Origin: a virus | DNA: 37,578 nucleotides | Strand: one strand, 5' to 3' | Virus record (IMG/VR): IMGVR_UViG_3300028895_000250 | In this document: positions 1 through 8,753 of the stretch, piece by piece | Numbering within the stretch: the stretch's first letter is position 1 | Layout: every line of letters starts with the position of its first letter | Made by a program: the position numbers and the translations under genes | Notes under the pieces: model-generated | The model's input: only the letters and a program-made list of their open reading frames with translations | Told to the model about the DNA's origin: nothing | Databases searched by the model: none

Positions 1-138
1 ACAATCGTCTACCATAACGACAGCCAGGTAGTCGATTGTCGAGTGAGAAAATTCTACGCCGATAATCATCCGGTCGGCGCACTGTTGAAAATCGTAGAAG
101 TCAAACCGCAGGAGGTACAAAATGAATTTTCGCTGTGA
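1..138 (+). CDS. rusA: RusA-family resolvase, 3' end only (duplicate of 37435..37572 caused by contig overlap)
   Basis: Same sequence and frame as the end of ORF 37123..37572. The TGA stop at 136..138 corresponds to 37570..37572. Confidence 0.85.
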   Translation, partial: TIVYHNDSQVVDCRVRKFYADNHPVGALLKIVEVKPQEVQNEFSL

Positions 139-144
139 TCTGGA
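1..144. repeat. Terminal exact direct repeat, copy 1 (identical to 37435..37578)
   Basis: Compared base by base: 144/144 identical to the last 144 bases of the window. Confidence 0.97.
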
Positions 145-346
145 AAAGGCAGGGACGTTCAAAAAAGTCGAAAAGGAAGACGGCGTGGTGGTCGGTACAG
201 AATATTTCTGGCGGGTGCAGCTATTAATCCCGGCGGACAATGTCAACGCCAATGAATTTATTGACCTTCAGGACAAGGCGCTTACTTGCGATCTGGCGAC
301 AGTGCAAACGGAGTTGAATCTAAAAACAAAGGCGGAGGCGCAATAA
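122..346 (+). CDS. Hypothetical protein (74 aa)
   Basis: ATG lies 6 nt after AGGAGG (110..115). Overlaps the rusA stop. No recognisable motif. Confidence 0.6.
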   Translation: MNFRCDLEKAGTFKKVEKEDGVVVGTEYFWRVQLLIPADNVNANEFIDLQDKALTCDLATVQTELNLKTKAEAQ

Positions 347-744
347 TGGATGACGTAAAGTATTTAGTTCCCATATCTCTCGGCCTGGCGGCGGTGCTGA
401 ATATTTTTATCCCCTGCCCGGCGGAGAATGAGGTGGTTGATTCATCGGTTGCAGAGGTACACCTTGAAGAAGCCGTCCCAATGTTCCCGATTGTCGGCGA
501 TGATATATTGCCGGATGTTGATACTAGCTGCCATCGATGGGTGAGTCACAACCATATTCGTTTATGGATAAACCCGACCACTGACATCGATTCGATGTTT
601 ATAACGATACATTTCGGTGGAGTGCCGGTGGAGGAGTATGATTCGTCAGTCGTAGAGGCATACCTTGACTCGTTGTTTGTGCCGGTGGAGGAACCGCAGC
701 TAAAGCTAATTAACTATTACCCATCCAGCCGCGTGGAGCCGTGA
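346..744 (+). CDS. Hypothetical acidic protein with hydrophobic N-terminal segment (132 aa)
   Basis: TAATG start/stop overlap with the previous ORF and a GGAGG upstream. N-terminus is LVPISLGLAAVLNIFIPCPA. The 286 start in the ORF track was rejected as an upstream extension. Confidence 0.55.
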   Translation: MDDVKYLVPISLGLAAVLNIFIPCPAENEVVDSSVAEVHLEEAVPMFPIVGDDILPDVDTSCHRWVSHNHIRLWINPTTDIDSMFITIHFGGVPVEEYDSSVVEAYLDSLFVPVEEPQLKLINYYPSSRVEP

Positions 745-986
745 TGAAAAAGATAATAACATCGGTATGGTTCACTGTCAGCTATGCGGTTATCGCATTT
801 TGTGTGTTCATGTATACCGCTTATGATGCTGGTTACCAACAAGGCGAACACGATGGTGCGACATGGGCCGGTCGTGAAGCATATACGGCATGGGTAGATT
901 ATATGGAAAAACATCACTTGTGGGATTCGGTATGGTGTGTTGATGCGCGGGAAAGTATTGACCACTACTTACCTTTGGAGCCGTAG
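744..986 (+). CDS. Small membrane protein, one N-terminal TM helix (80 aa)
   Basis: TGATG overlap with the previous stop, GGAG 6 nt upstream. TM segment IITSVWFTVSYAVIAFCVFMYTAY. Confidence 0.55.
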   Translation: MKKIITSVWFTVSYAVIAFCVFMYTAYDAGYQQGEHDGATWAGREAYTAWVDYMEKHHLWDSVWCVDARESIDHYLPLEP

Positions 987-996
987 GAGGCGATAA

Positions 997-1407
997 ATGA
1001 AAACTAAATTGGTTATCTGTACGTCCCTGGGCCTCGTCGCCGGTATCGCTCTCGGCGTGTTCTTTGGTTGGGGTGTACTGATTGCGGAAATGCCCGCCGT
1101 GCGCGTAGGGTTTAACGAGCCGCGAGAGTGGGCTTGGGTCCCGGACAGCAATAAAGTTCCGATGACCGTAGCGCAGCGGTTTATCATGAATTTCACGAAG
1201 CAATTTCCTGACGGACATATCGAGATTGATACCGTGCTGTATATCATGGAGTTTGATTTCGAGGTGGCGACGCTGAACACCGACAAATACAAGGACTTCA
1301 TCTCGCGGGAGATCGACTACAAGGTTCCGGTACTGCATATCAACCCGCAGGCATTACGGATGAGCCGAGGCAAGATCATAAACCAAAATAGATATGGGGC
1401 GTGGTGA
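997..1407 (+). CDS. Membrane-anchored protein, one N-terminal TM helix (136 aa)
   Basis: AGGAGG at 985..990. TM segment LVICTSLGLVAGIALGVFFGWGVLIA. Confidence 0.6.
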   Translation: MKTKLVICTSLGLVAGIALGVFFGWGVLIAEMPAVRVGFNEPREWAWVPDSNKVPMTVAQRFIMNFTKQFPDGHIEIDTVLYIMEFDFEVATLNTDKYKDFISREIDYKVPVLHINPQALRMSRGKIINQNRYGAW

Positions 1408-1428
1408 TGCCGAATTGTGAGGTAGTAT

Positions 1429-1713
1429 TTGAAACAGATAAAGAGATCGATGGTGCAAAGCCATTTGAGATTATTTTTACGTAATTTGCCGGGGGGCAAA
1501 ATGCTGAATTCGGTGAAGGAATACCGCAAACAATTTCCGTGGTTCTTTAAAAAGCGGGATAGTTATTCATGCTATAAAGGATATTTGATTGTCTCCCACA
1601 GTCGCGGGCTTTCCGCTTTTCGGCAACACCCAACCAAACCCGATGAGATGCAGTATTGCACAACCAGGTCACATATATACGACCTGAAGAAACGAATAGA
1701 TCAGTACAAGTAA
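1429..1713 (+). CDS. Small basic hypothetical protein (start uncertain: TTG 1429 or ATG 1501)
   Basis: Open frame with a GAGGT before 1429. A TTTGCC-GGGG-GGCAAA hairpin (1485..1500) abuts the alternative ATG at 1501. Confidence 0.45.
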   Translation: MKQIKRSMVQSHLRLFLRNLPGGKMLNSVKEYRKQFPWFFKKRDSYSCYKGYLIVSHSRGLSAFRQHPTKPDEMQYCTTRSHIYDLKKRIDQYK

Positions 1714-1716
1714 TCC

Positions 1717-1737
1717 TTCACCAAAATTTCACCAAAA
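1717..1737 (+). repeat. Tandem TTCACCAAAA x2 (11-bp period) upstream of terS; candidate packaging or late-promoter element
   Basis: Exact 10-mers at 1717..1726 and 1728..1737, in the only sizeable gap before the terminase genes. Confidence 0.4.
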
Positions 1738-1818
1738 GCAGTGCCGCATATTGACACCGCTCCCTTTTCGGCGTATCGGCAATAAGAGGCCAAAATCCGA
1801 GAAGGGGGCAGATCGGTT

Positions 1819-2325
1819 GTGGCGGTTAAGAAAAAGAAGCGGAACAAGCGGAAACCAACTCCGCTTGACGACAAAGATCATCAAGTCGCTCAATCACTTG
1901 CTATTAATCCCCGTTCTACGATTCGCAAAATTGCGGAACAACTTGGGATGCCTCCCACTACTGTCTGGCGACGAATCAAAAAGATTCAAGACCCGGATCG
2001 GATCACTGAATTCACAGGAAAAATCGATGAAGTCATTCCGCTGGCGTTCGCCGTACTCGTTCGCCGGTTGCTTAGTGGCGATTATTCTGCCGCTCGGGAT
2101 GTATTCTATGGCAGGGGCATACTCAGCAACAAACATAAGCATGACCACAACCACAAAGGACACCTTACGCACCAACACGAGGGCGATCCTGACCTCTCTG
2201 GAATTGACACCGAAAAGCTCCGCGTTCTGGTTGAAGAAATGCGAAACGGAGTTGGAGAGAAGGGTTACACCCCTCCTGTGGTGGGCGAAGAAGTATCACC
2301 GGACGGAAGCGAACGATCCGATTGA
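1819..2325 (+). CDS. terS: Terminase small subunit-like HTH protein
   Basis: GTG start 10 nt after GAAGGGGG. Lys-rich N-terminus followed by an HTH (STIRKIAEQLGMPPTTVWRRIKKI). Lies directly upstream of terL. Confidence 0.7.
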   Translation: MAVKKKKRNKRKPTPLDDKDHQVAQSLAINPRSTIRKIAEQLGMPPTTVWRRIKKIQDPDRITEFTGKIDEVIPLAFAVLVRRLLSGDYSAARDVFYGRGILSNKHKHDHNHKGHLTHQHEGDPDLSGIDTEKLRVLVEEMRNGVGEKGYTPPVVGEEVSPDGSERSD

Positions 2326-3847
2326 TTTCCGCAACTGGAAACACATGATCGGCCCGTACTCCGACAACCACCGGGATATTGTCTGCATGAAGGACACTCA
2401 GAGCGGGTGGACTCTGCGGATGCTCGCTGAAGTATGGTTCCGCTGCGCCAATGGCTGGTCTGTCTTCTACGTTCTGCCTACACAGACAATCAGGAATACA
2501 TTCGTCAAAAACCGTGTCGATACCGGGCGTGACATGGTGCCGTACTACGGCCATTTAATCGACAATGCCGCTGGCCATTCCGATGAAGTCGGCATGAAGC
2601 ATATTGGCTCCGGCGTGGTTAAATTCGTCGGGTCAAATGCCTTCTCCGAGTTCGGCGAATTCCCGGCTGATATGCTGGTCATCGATGAGTATGACCGTTG
2701 CGATCAGGAAAACTTGCCCTTTGCCTACGACCGCCTCGATGCCTCCGATCACAAATGCACCCGCATCCTGGGTAACCCGACCATCGAGGGTACGGGGATT
2801 CATCCGATATTTGATGCCTCCGATCAGCGATACTGGACAATCCCCTGCCCTCACTGCGGCGAATGGCAGGCGCTGGATTGGTTCAAGAACGTCGTCCGGG
2901 AAACCGGAGACAAAACCTATGAGCTGATCGATCAAGAATGGAAGCCTGATTCCTCCGAAGATATTAGGCTACACTGCGTAAGGTGCAACAAACCAATGGA
3001 CCGTCTTGCGGTCGGGGAATGGACCCCGACCTACCCCGACCGTTCGGTCCACGGTTACCACTTCAACAAGCTGGCTTTCCACAAAGCGACTATCGCCGAG
3101 CTGTGGGATCTGTGGTGCAAGGCGCAGGGCAACGAACACCGACTGCAAAACTTCTACAACTCGAAGCTGGGTATTCCCTACTCGTCGGCCTCGACCGGCC
3201 TGTCGCGGGCAATGCTGGACGCCCTGATACAAGATTACGTCATGCCGTCGAGGTCGGACGGACCGTGTTTCGCCGGTATCGATGTCGGCAACCAACTGCA
3301 TATCAGGATCGACGAGAAACGGGACGGCAAGTATCGGGCGGTATACATCGGCACCGTCAACACGTTTGAGGAAGCCGATCTAATCGTCAACACCTTCAAC
3401 GTCTCGACCGGCGTTATCGATGCTCGGCCAGAGACCAGGGCAGCTCGTCAGTTCATCGAACGGCAAAAGGGAACGTGGCTGCTATGTCAGTACGTGGCCA
3501 CCGACAAGGTGAGTTCAAAGTATTCCGATCTGGCTGATTTCTGGATGGAGATCAAATACGACCAGGGCGTGGTCAATACCGACCGGACCCAGAGCATGGA
3601 CGCCAGTCATGCCCGGCTGGTCAAGGGTGAAGTCGAGCTACCGAAAGGCACCGAGTCGATCCCGGATTTCTATGACCAGATGATATATCCGAAACGCCTA
3701 TTCGACGAAAAGCGTGGCCTGTACTACTGGTCTGGCGGTCTCGGCCACACCGAGCAAAAGAAGCCGGACCATTATCGCCATGCTGAGAATTACAAAAACA
3801 TTGCGGCACGGATCGAGGCTATGGGCGGAGGGCTGTTTCTCGTATGA
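2141..3847 (+). CDS. terL: Terminase large subunit, lambda GpA-like family (start uncertain, 2141 to 2345)
   Basis: N-terminal WAKKY motif. Walker A-like MKDTQSGWT and Walker B MLVIDEYD. Zn-ribbon CPHCGEW...CVRCNK. The conserved N-terminal motif lies upstream of ATG 2345, so the gene must overlap the terS 3' end. Confidence 0.88.
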   Translation: MTTTTKDTLRTNTRAILTSLELTPKSSAFWLKKCETELERRVTPLLWWAKKYHRTEANDPIDFRNWKHMIGPYSDNHRDIVCMKDTQSGWTLRMLAEVWFRCANGWSVFYVLPTQTIRNTFVKNRVDTGRDMVPYYGHLIDNAAGHSDEVGMKHIGSGVVKFVGSNAFSEFGEFPADMLVIDEYDRCDQENLPFAYDRLDASDHKCTRILGNPTIEGTGIHPIFDASDQRYWTIPCPHCGEWQALDWFKNVVRETGDKTYELIDQEWKPDSSEDIRLHCVRCNKPMDRLAVGEWTPTYPDRSVHGYHFNKLAFHKATIAELWDLWCKAQGNEHRLQNFYNSKLGIPYSSASTGLSRAMLDALIQDYVMPSRSDGPCFAGIDVGNQLHIRIDEKRDGKYRAVYIGTVNTFEEADLIVNTFNVSTGVIDARPETRAARQFIERQKGTWLLCQYVATDKVSSKYSDLADFWMEIKYDQGVVNTDRTQSMDASHARLVKGEVELPKGTESIPDFYDQMIYPKRLFDEKRGLYYWSGGLGHTEQKKPDHYRHAENYKNIAARIEAMGGGLFLV

Positions 3848-5916
3848 GCATCATTACTCAGACAAAGATGGCCGTGGCGCAATGGCTGTTCAAGAGTAGC
3901 GGCCTGTCAATCCTTCTCGGCGGATCATCGAAGGGGATCAGCGATACCGCTGTCCGAGGACGGCAAGCATATAAGCGTAACGGATATCTGGCTCGCGGTA
4001 TCAACGTGAAAGCTGACGCGGTGGTTTCTGTACCGCTGAAGGTCTACACGGAGAAGGAGATTGACGGCAAGCCGGAACGCGAGGAAGTGCGCCAGGGTGA
4101 GCTCGTTGATTTGTTGGCCAAGCCTAATCCGCTTATGACATCGAGCCAGTTCTGGCAATCGCACCTCATCGAACATGGCCTGATGGGTAACTCTGTCTGG
4201 TACTTCCCGTCGGAGTTTAACAACAAAAGAATCGTATTGCTGAAGGCCGACGAGTTCAGGGTCAAGCCTACCGACGACGGGTATGATATTGCCGCATATG
4301 AGCGGCTAACCAAATCGGGCTTCACTCCTGTTGATCCGAAGCAGATTATCCATTTCCGCGAGCCGAATCCTTTTGATAAATGGCTTGGCCTGTCGGTTAC
4401 CGAAGTGCTTGTCCGGGCAATCCTGTCGGCATGGTATATCGGCGAATGGAACAACAATTTCTTCAAGGACGGCGCGATACCACCGGGCCTGCTTACGACG
4501 GAACACGCAATTGATTTAGAGAAGGCCAAGACGTACGGCGAGTTGTGGCACGCGCAACATTCCGGCAAAGAGAAGTGGCAGAAGATAGCCGTGATCGGTG
4601 CGGGCCTGAAGTTCGAGCAAATATCCCAGGCGCACAAAGATATGGCGTTCGAGGCTCTATGTCGCTGGGACCGCGAGGAAATTCTTGCCTATCTCGGCGT
4701 ACCTCCGGCGATGGTCGGCGTGATGGAATACGCCAACTATGCCAATGCCGAAGCACAGAAGAAAATGTTCTGGGAATCGACAGTGATGCCGCTCCTTCGG
4801 TACAACGAGTCGGTCATCAACGAGATGCTCATCCCGCGCCTATTCCCCGGCAAGGGCTGGTTTGTCGAGTACGACACCTCGAACGTCAAAGCCCTGCAAG
4901 ACGACGCCGATAAGAAGGCCGCACGTGACCAGATATATGTCAACACCGGAGTTCTGACGGTGAATGAAGTCCGGGCCGACATGAACCGCGAGCCTGTCGA
5001 TTGGGGCGACGAACCGCCCAGCGGTGGCGGATCACTTGCTGGCCTGCTGTCCGGTGAAACCCCGGCGATGTTCAAATCTCTTGAGCAAAAGGACGACCCG
5101 GAAGTCGAGGCGCGCAAGGCTCTCTGGAAAGCATTTGACCGCAAGCTGACCATGCGAGAATCGAAGTTCGCCAAGATCATGCGGGATTACTTCATCGACC
5201 AGAAGAAACGGCTACTGGCGGCAATCGAGGGCGAATATAAGTCAATCAAAGAGCCGCCCCGGCCAATCAACGTCGAGGAAATCATGGCCCTGTTTGTGGC
5301 CGCCTACGAAATGCTGAAGCTACAGGAAATGACCACCACGACCATATCGGATATCCTGTCGATGGCGGGCAAGGAAGCAATCGACAAGCTGGGCGTGGAC
5401 GTGGCGTTCGATCTCAGCCATCCGGCGGTAATTGACGGGATAGTTGATCATCTTAAAAATCCGACGTTAAAAGATTGGGTAGATCAATTGATGCTCAATA
5501 TGGCAGCTAAAGTTACAGACGAAAGCCAAAGCGCACTAAAAAGATTACTATCAAATGCAGTCGATAATGGTGATTCAATTCAAGAAATATCGAAACAGAT
5601 CGGCGAGATGTTTGACGGATTTGCGGACTATCGGGCGACTCGCACTGCGAGGACCGAGGTTATATCTGCCCATAATCAAGGGGCATTATCTGGATATGTT
5701 CAGTCAGACGTTGTCGAGGGTAAGGAATGGTTGTCTACGTTAGACGGCGAGACAAGAGAATCACACGCTGCCGCTAACGGACAGGTAGTTGATGTTGGTG
5801 CGCATTTTAGCGTTAGCGGAATATTAGTGCAATATCCCGGCGATCCCGGCTTACCGCCAGAAGAAAGAATCAATTGCCGGTGTACTGTGTTGCCGGTCAA
5901 AAAGGAAACGGAATGA
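3844..5916 (+). CDS. Portal protein (HK97-family-like) fused to a C-terminal Mu F / SPP1 gp7-like head morphogenesis domain
   Basis: ATGA overlap with terL. The first ~400 aa are portal-like by position and length. The C-terminus carries RTARTEVISAHNQG...EWLSTLDGETRESHAAANGQ...INCRCTVLP, a MuF hallmark. Confidence 0.85.
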   Translation: MSIITQTKMAVAQWLFKSSGLSILLGGSSKGISDTAVRGRQAYKRNGYLARGINVKADAVVSVPLKVYTEKEIDGKPEREEVRQGELVDLLAKPNPLMTSSQFWQSHLIEHGLMGNSVWYFPSEFNNKRIVLLKADEFRVKPTDDGYDIAAYERLTKSGFTPVDPKQIIHFREPNPFDKWLGLSVTEVLVRAILSAWYIGEWNNNFFKDGAIPPGLLTTEHAIDLEKAKTYGELWHAQHSGKEKWQKIAVIGAGLKFEQISQAHKDMAFEALCRWDREEILAYLGVPPAMVGVMEYANYANAEAQKKMFWESTVMPLLRYNESVINEMLIPRLFPGKGWFVEYDTSNVKALQDDADKKAARDQIYVNTGVLTVNEVRADMNREPVDWGDEPPSGGGSLAGLLSGETPAMFKSLEQKDDPEVEARKALWKAFDRKLTMRESKFAKIMRDYFIDQKKRLLAAIEGEYKSIKEPPRPINVEEIMALFVAAYEMLKLQEMTTTTISDILSMAGKEAIDKLGVDVAFDLSHPAVIDGIVDHLKNPTLKDWVDQLMLNMAAKVTDESQSALKRLLSNAVDNGDSIQEISKQIGEMFDGFADYRATRTARTEVISAHNQGALSGYVQSDVVEGKEWLSTLDGETRESHAAANGQVVDVGAHFSVSGILVQYPGDPGLPPEERINCRCTVLPVKKETE

Positions 5917-5978
5917 TGTAGTCCGACACATACAGCCGACCTGACCGGCCAGTCAGGTTAATGGCACCGAAAAATCCT

Positions 5979-6031
5979 TCCCCGGTTGAGACTGCGTTCG
6001 GAAGGTCGCAGTCCTCACCGGGGATTTTTTT
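5979..6031 (+). terminator. Rho-independent terminator-like hairpin between the portal and capsid genes
   Basis: Outer stem TCCCCGGT/ACCGGGGA, inner stem GACTGCG/CGCAGTC, followed by T7 (6025..6031). Confidence 0.7.
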
Positions 6032-6052
6032 CGGCCTAAAGGAAGTGATGCG

Positions 6053-8143
6053 ATGCCAAAAGTAGACAGAAAAAAGCCTGACAAATTAAAGGTTTGCATA
6101 GAGCCGATTGCGATCAAATCGGACAACGGCAGCCGGGTAATCAAGGGCTATGCCTCTACCCCGACGGTTGATTCATATAACGAGATCGTCAAGCCGACGG
6201 CGTTCGCCAAGTATCTGCCGGACTTCAAAGAATACCCGGTAATGCTGGTCAATCATAGTTGGTTTGATATCCCCATTGGCCAGTTTGATGTCGTCGAAAT
6301 CCGCGACGACGGGCTGTACGTCGAGGCCACGGTATCGAAGACCGCAATGGGCGATGACGTCTGGACGCTCATCCAGGACGGTGTACTCAAGGCGTTCTCT
6401 ATCGGCTATTGGGTACACAAGTCCGAATACGACGACGACTCTAAGATTACCACACTGACCGAGATCGAGCTGGTTGAAATCTCTGTCGTCAATGTTCCCG
6501 CAAACCGTCAGGCGCTATTCGAAGCCGCCAAGTCTCGCGGCCTAAAGTCATTCGCAATCAATCAAACGAGTGAACCACCTAACAAAAAGGGGGCAGATAT
6601 GCCCGAACTGGACATCAAGCAAGAAGTAAAAAAAGCGGTCGACGATGAGGTTACGAACGCCACCGCAAAGGTAACGGAGGCGGTGAAGGTTACGCTTGAG
6701 CCGAAGATCGAGGACATCGAGGAAAAATTCCTGTCGATGATGACTGAGGCGAAGGAAGCCGCGAAAAACTGCGTCACGACCGCCGAACACAAAGAGTTGG
6801 TCGAAAAGCTGAAGGCCATCGAAGACGCCCAGCAAATCATCCACAATCGGCAACAGAAAATCCTCGCCGGGCAGACAAAAGAGGTCGTCGTCCCGGAAAA
6901 CGGCATCGAGGATATGGCCATCGACCACCCCTATGGCAAGGCGTATGGCGCTGCGTTGACGCTGCCTGAATGTATGCTCGATCAGAGCAAGGATGCCATC
7001 AACGAATGGCGGCAGGCACATGACGATTTGTGTCTGCTGAATCACCTGATGGGTGCCAAGTTCGGGCGGATGTACAAAGGCCCGCAGACGCTCAAGTCGT
7101 TCGGTCGCTACAAAGACCTGACAGATCAAATCTTCGGCAAGGCAATGTCTGCAACCGGGACTGGTTACGGTGACGAATGGGTGCCGACCGAAATGTCCGC
7201 ACAGTTAACAGAGTTGGTCGAAGCCAAAGCAGTCATCGCCAGCCAATTCCCCGTCGTTCCGATGCCGACCAATCCCTGGGATATCCCCTACAAGGGCGGC
7301 CACGTAACGATCTACATCTACGACGAACCGACGGTGGACTTTGCCACCGAGATCAGTCGTTCGACGCCGACCACCGGCAAGAACACACTGACCGCAAAGG
7401 GTTTTGCTGCGGCTACTGTCGTATCGAAGGACGCCACCGAAGACTCGCTGATTGCCATCCTGCCGATGGTCCGGGATGATCTTGCTCAGACGATGGCCCG
7501 TGAATGGGATAACGCCTACATCAACGGCGATACTTCCGCGACTCACCGCGACACTCAGCATTCGATGAACGAGACCACCGATATCCGCAAGGCCTTTGAC
7601 GGCCTACGGCATCAAGCCAATGCGGACAGCAAGGAATACGATTGCCAGACGGTGCTCGGCCCCAACTCCGCCGATTGGGAAGCTGCCGACATCGTCATGG
7701 TTCGGAAGCTGATGGGTGCCAGCGGTGCACCGGAAATGGTCAACGATATGTTCCTGGCCTTGTCTCTGGACAATTTCTACGAAGCATGGCTGTGGGATGA
7801 AGTCAAGACCGTGGACAAGTTCGGCCCGATGGCTGCTACCATTGTCAAGGGCAGTCTGCCGTACATCTTCGGCATTCCCATTCTGACATCTTCGTACATC
7901 CGCACAGACTACAACTCGACCGGCCTCTATGATGCGTCTGGGAAGACAACCAGTCTGTGTCTGATGGTCAACAAAAAGGCGTGGGTCTCCGGGTCACGTC
8001 GGGCGATCACCATCGAAACCGATCCCAACATCCTAACTCAGCAAACGGTCGTCGTCGCTACTGCCCGCCGGGCATTCAAGCTCATTCGCGCGGCATCCAC
8101 CGAATACTCGACCGTCGCGGGGATCAACATCCCGGTGCTGTAA
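6053..8143 (+). CDS. Prohead protease (HK97 S78/U35-like) - coiled-coil scaffold - HK97-fold major capsid protein, single ORF
   Basis: Protease motifs are in aa ~20-165 (VNHSW, AFSIGYW, ISVVNVPAN). An E/K-rich coiled coil spans aa ~185-290. The C-terminal ~400 aa is HK97-type capsid-like (GDEWVPTEMSAQL...). RBS AAAGGAAG. Confidence 0.88.
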   Translation: MPKVDRKKPDKLKVCIEPIAIKSDNGSRVIKGYASTPTVDSYNEIVKPTAFAKYLPDFKEYPVMLVNHSWFDIPIGQFDVVEIRDDGLYVEATVSKTAMGDDVWTLIQDGVLKAFSIGYWVHKSEYDDDSKITTLTEIELVEISVVNVPANRQALFEAAKSRGLKSFAINQTSEPPNKKGADMPELDIKQEVKKAVDDEVTNATAKVTEAVKVTLEPKIEDIEEKFLSMMTEAKEAAKNCVTTAEHKELVEKLKAIEDAQQIIHNRQQKILAGQTKEVVVPENGIEDMAIDHPYGKAYGAALTLPECMLDQSKDAINEWRQAHDDLCLLNHLMGAKFGRMYKGPQTLKSFGRYKDLTDQIFGKAMSATGTGYGDEWVPTEMSAQLTELVEAKAVIASQFPVVPMPTNPWDIPYKGGHVTIYIYDEPTVDFATEISRSTPTTGKNTLTAKGFAAATVVSKDATEDSLIAILPMVRDDLAQTMAREWDNAYINGDTSATHRDTQHSMNETTDIRKAFDGLRHQANADSKEYDCQTVLGPNSADWEAADIVMVRKLMGASGAPEMVNDMFLALSLDNFYEAWLWDEVKTVDKFGPMAATIVKGSLPYIFGIPILTSSYIRTDYNSTGLYDASGKTTSLCLMVNKKAWVSGSRRAITIETDPNILTQQTVVVATARRAFKLIRAASTEYSTVAGINIPVL

Positions 8144-8181
8144 GCCGGTGAACATGAAAACGAAAACGAGGAGATAAAGAA

Positions 8182-8724
8182 ATGAAACGATTCTCAATTC
8201 TGATTGCACTCGCGGCCTTCATGGTGGCCGCATTCTCGGTGACGGCGAACGCTGGGTGGGATCGCAAGTCGATTTCGGCCAACTATGACAGTATCGGCAC
8301 GATGGAAATCTCTGCCGTCGGTGATGGTGTATATGCGGCGACTGTACTCGACACGATTGATACCTGGCTGAATTCTGCAAACGGACATGAGGCGGGCAAG
8401 AACATCACCGCCGGATACTACGAGGACGGCATGGGTATTTACACCTATGTCTACTTGTACGCGCATATGTATGACAGTTGCGCCACCACCGATTCAAATC
8501 GGTACTACGTCGTTCTCGAACAATCAATGGGCGGAGACGGCACCAATACAGATGACATCTATTGGGAGCCGGTCGATTCGATCTTGTTCAATGGCGCGGT
8601 TCCCGTCGGCAAAAAAATCACCTTGAACGGTATGCCGCTGGTTCGATTCCGCAACCAGTACGCGGCGAAGACAGATCAGACCGATACCATGACGTGCTTT
8701 GTTAAGGCGCAGTGGATTCGATAA
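8182..8724 (+). CDS. Protein with Sec-type signal peptide in the head module (180 aa); possible decoration or moron protein
   Basis: N-terminus MKRFSILIALAAFMVAAFSVTANA|G. RBS GAGGAG. The C-terminal half resembles the architecture of the 9294 and 9677 ORFs. Confidence 0.6.
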   Translation: MKRFSILIALAAFMVAAFSVTANAGWDRKSISANYDSIGTMEISAVGDGVYAATVLDTIDTWLNSANGHEAGKNITAGYYEDGMGIYTYVYLYAHMYDSCATTDSNRYYVVLEQSMGGDGTNTDDIYWEPVDSILFNGAVPVGKKITLNGMPLVRFRNQYAAKTDQTDTMTCFVKAQWIR

Positions 8725-8753
8725 CCACGACCTGAAAAAGTGAGGATAAAGAA

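Noticed and set aside
1-144. The terminal repeat as a biological long terminal repeat or a mobile-element inverted/direct repeat
   Set aside because: It is a direct repeat that cuts through the rusA coding sequence and restores an intact gene when circularised. That is most simply an assembly overlap of a circular or circularly permuted genome. A true DTR remains possible and is listed as a check.
1751-2140. Long N-terminal extension of terL from the TTG at 1751 (698-aa track ORF)
   Set aside because: This part overlaps almost all of the terS gene in another frame and translates to non-terminase-like sequence. The conserved GpA-type motifs begin near 2270.
6548-7129. Long antisense ORFs inside the capsid, portal and tail genes (for example 6548..7129, 4044..4637, 23195..23806, 25192..25725)
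   Set aside because: They are embedded antisense in genes with strong motif support, lack RBSs and have low-complexity translations. This is typical of GC-rich coding DNA.
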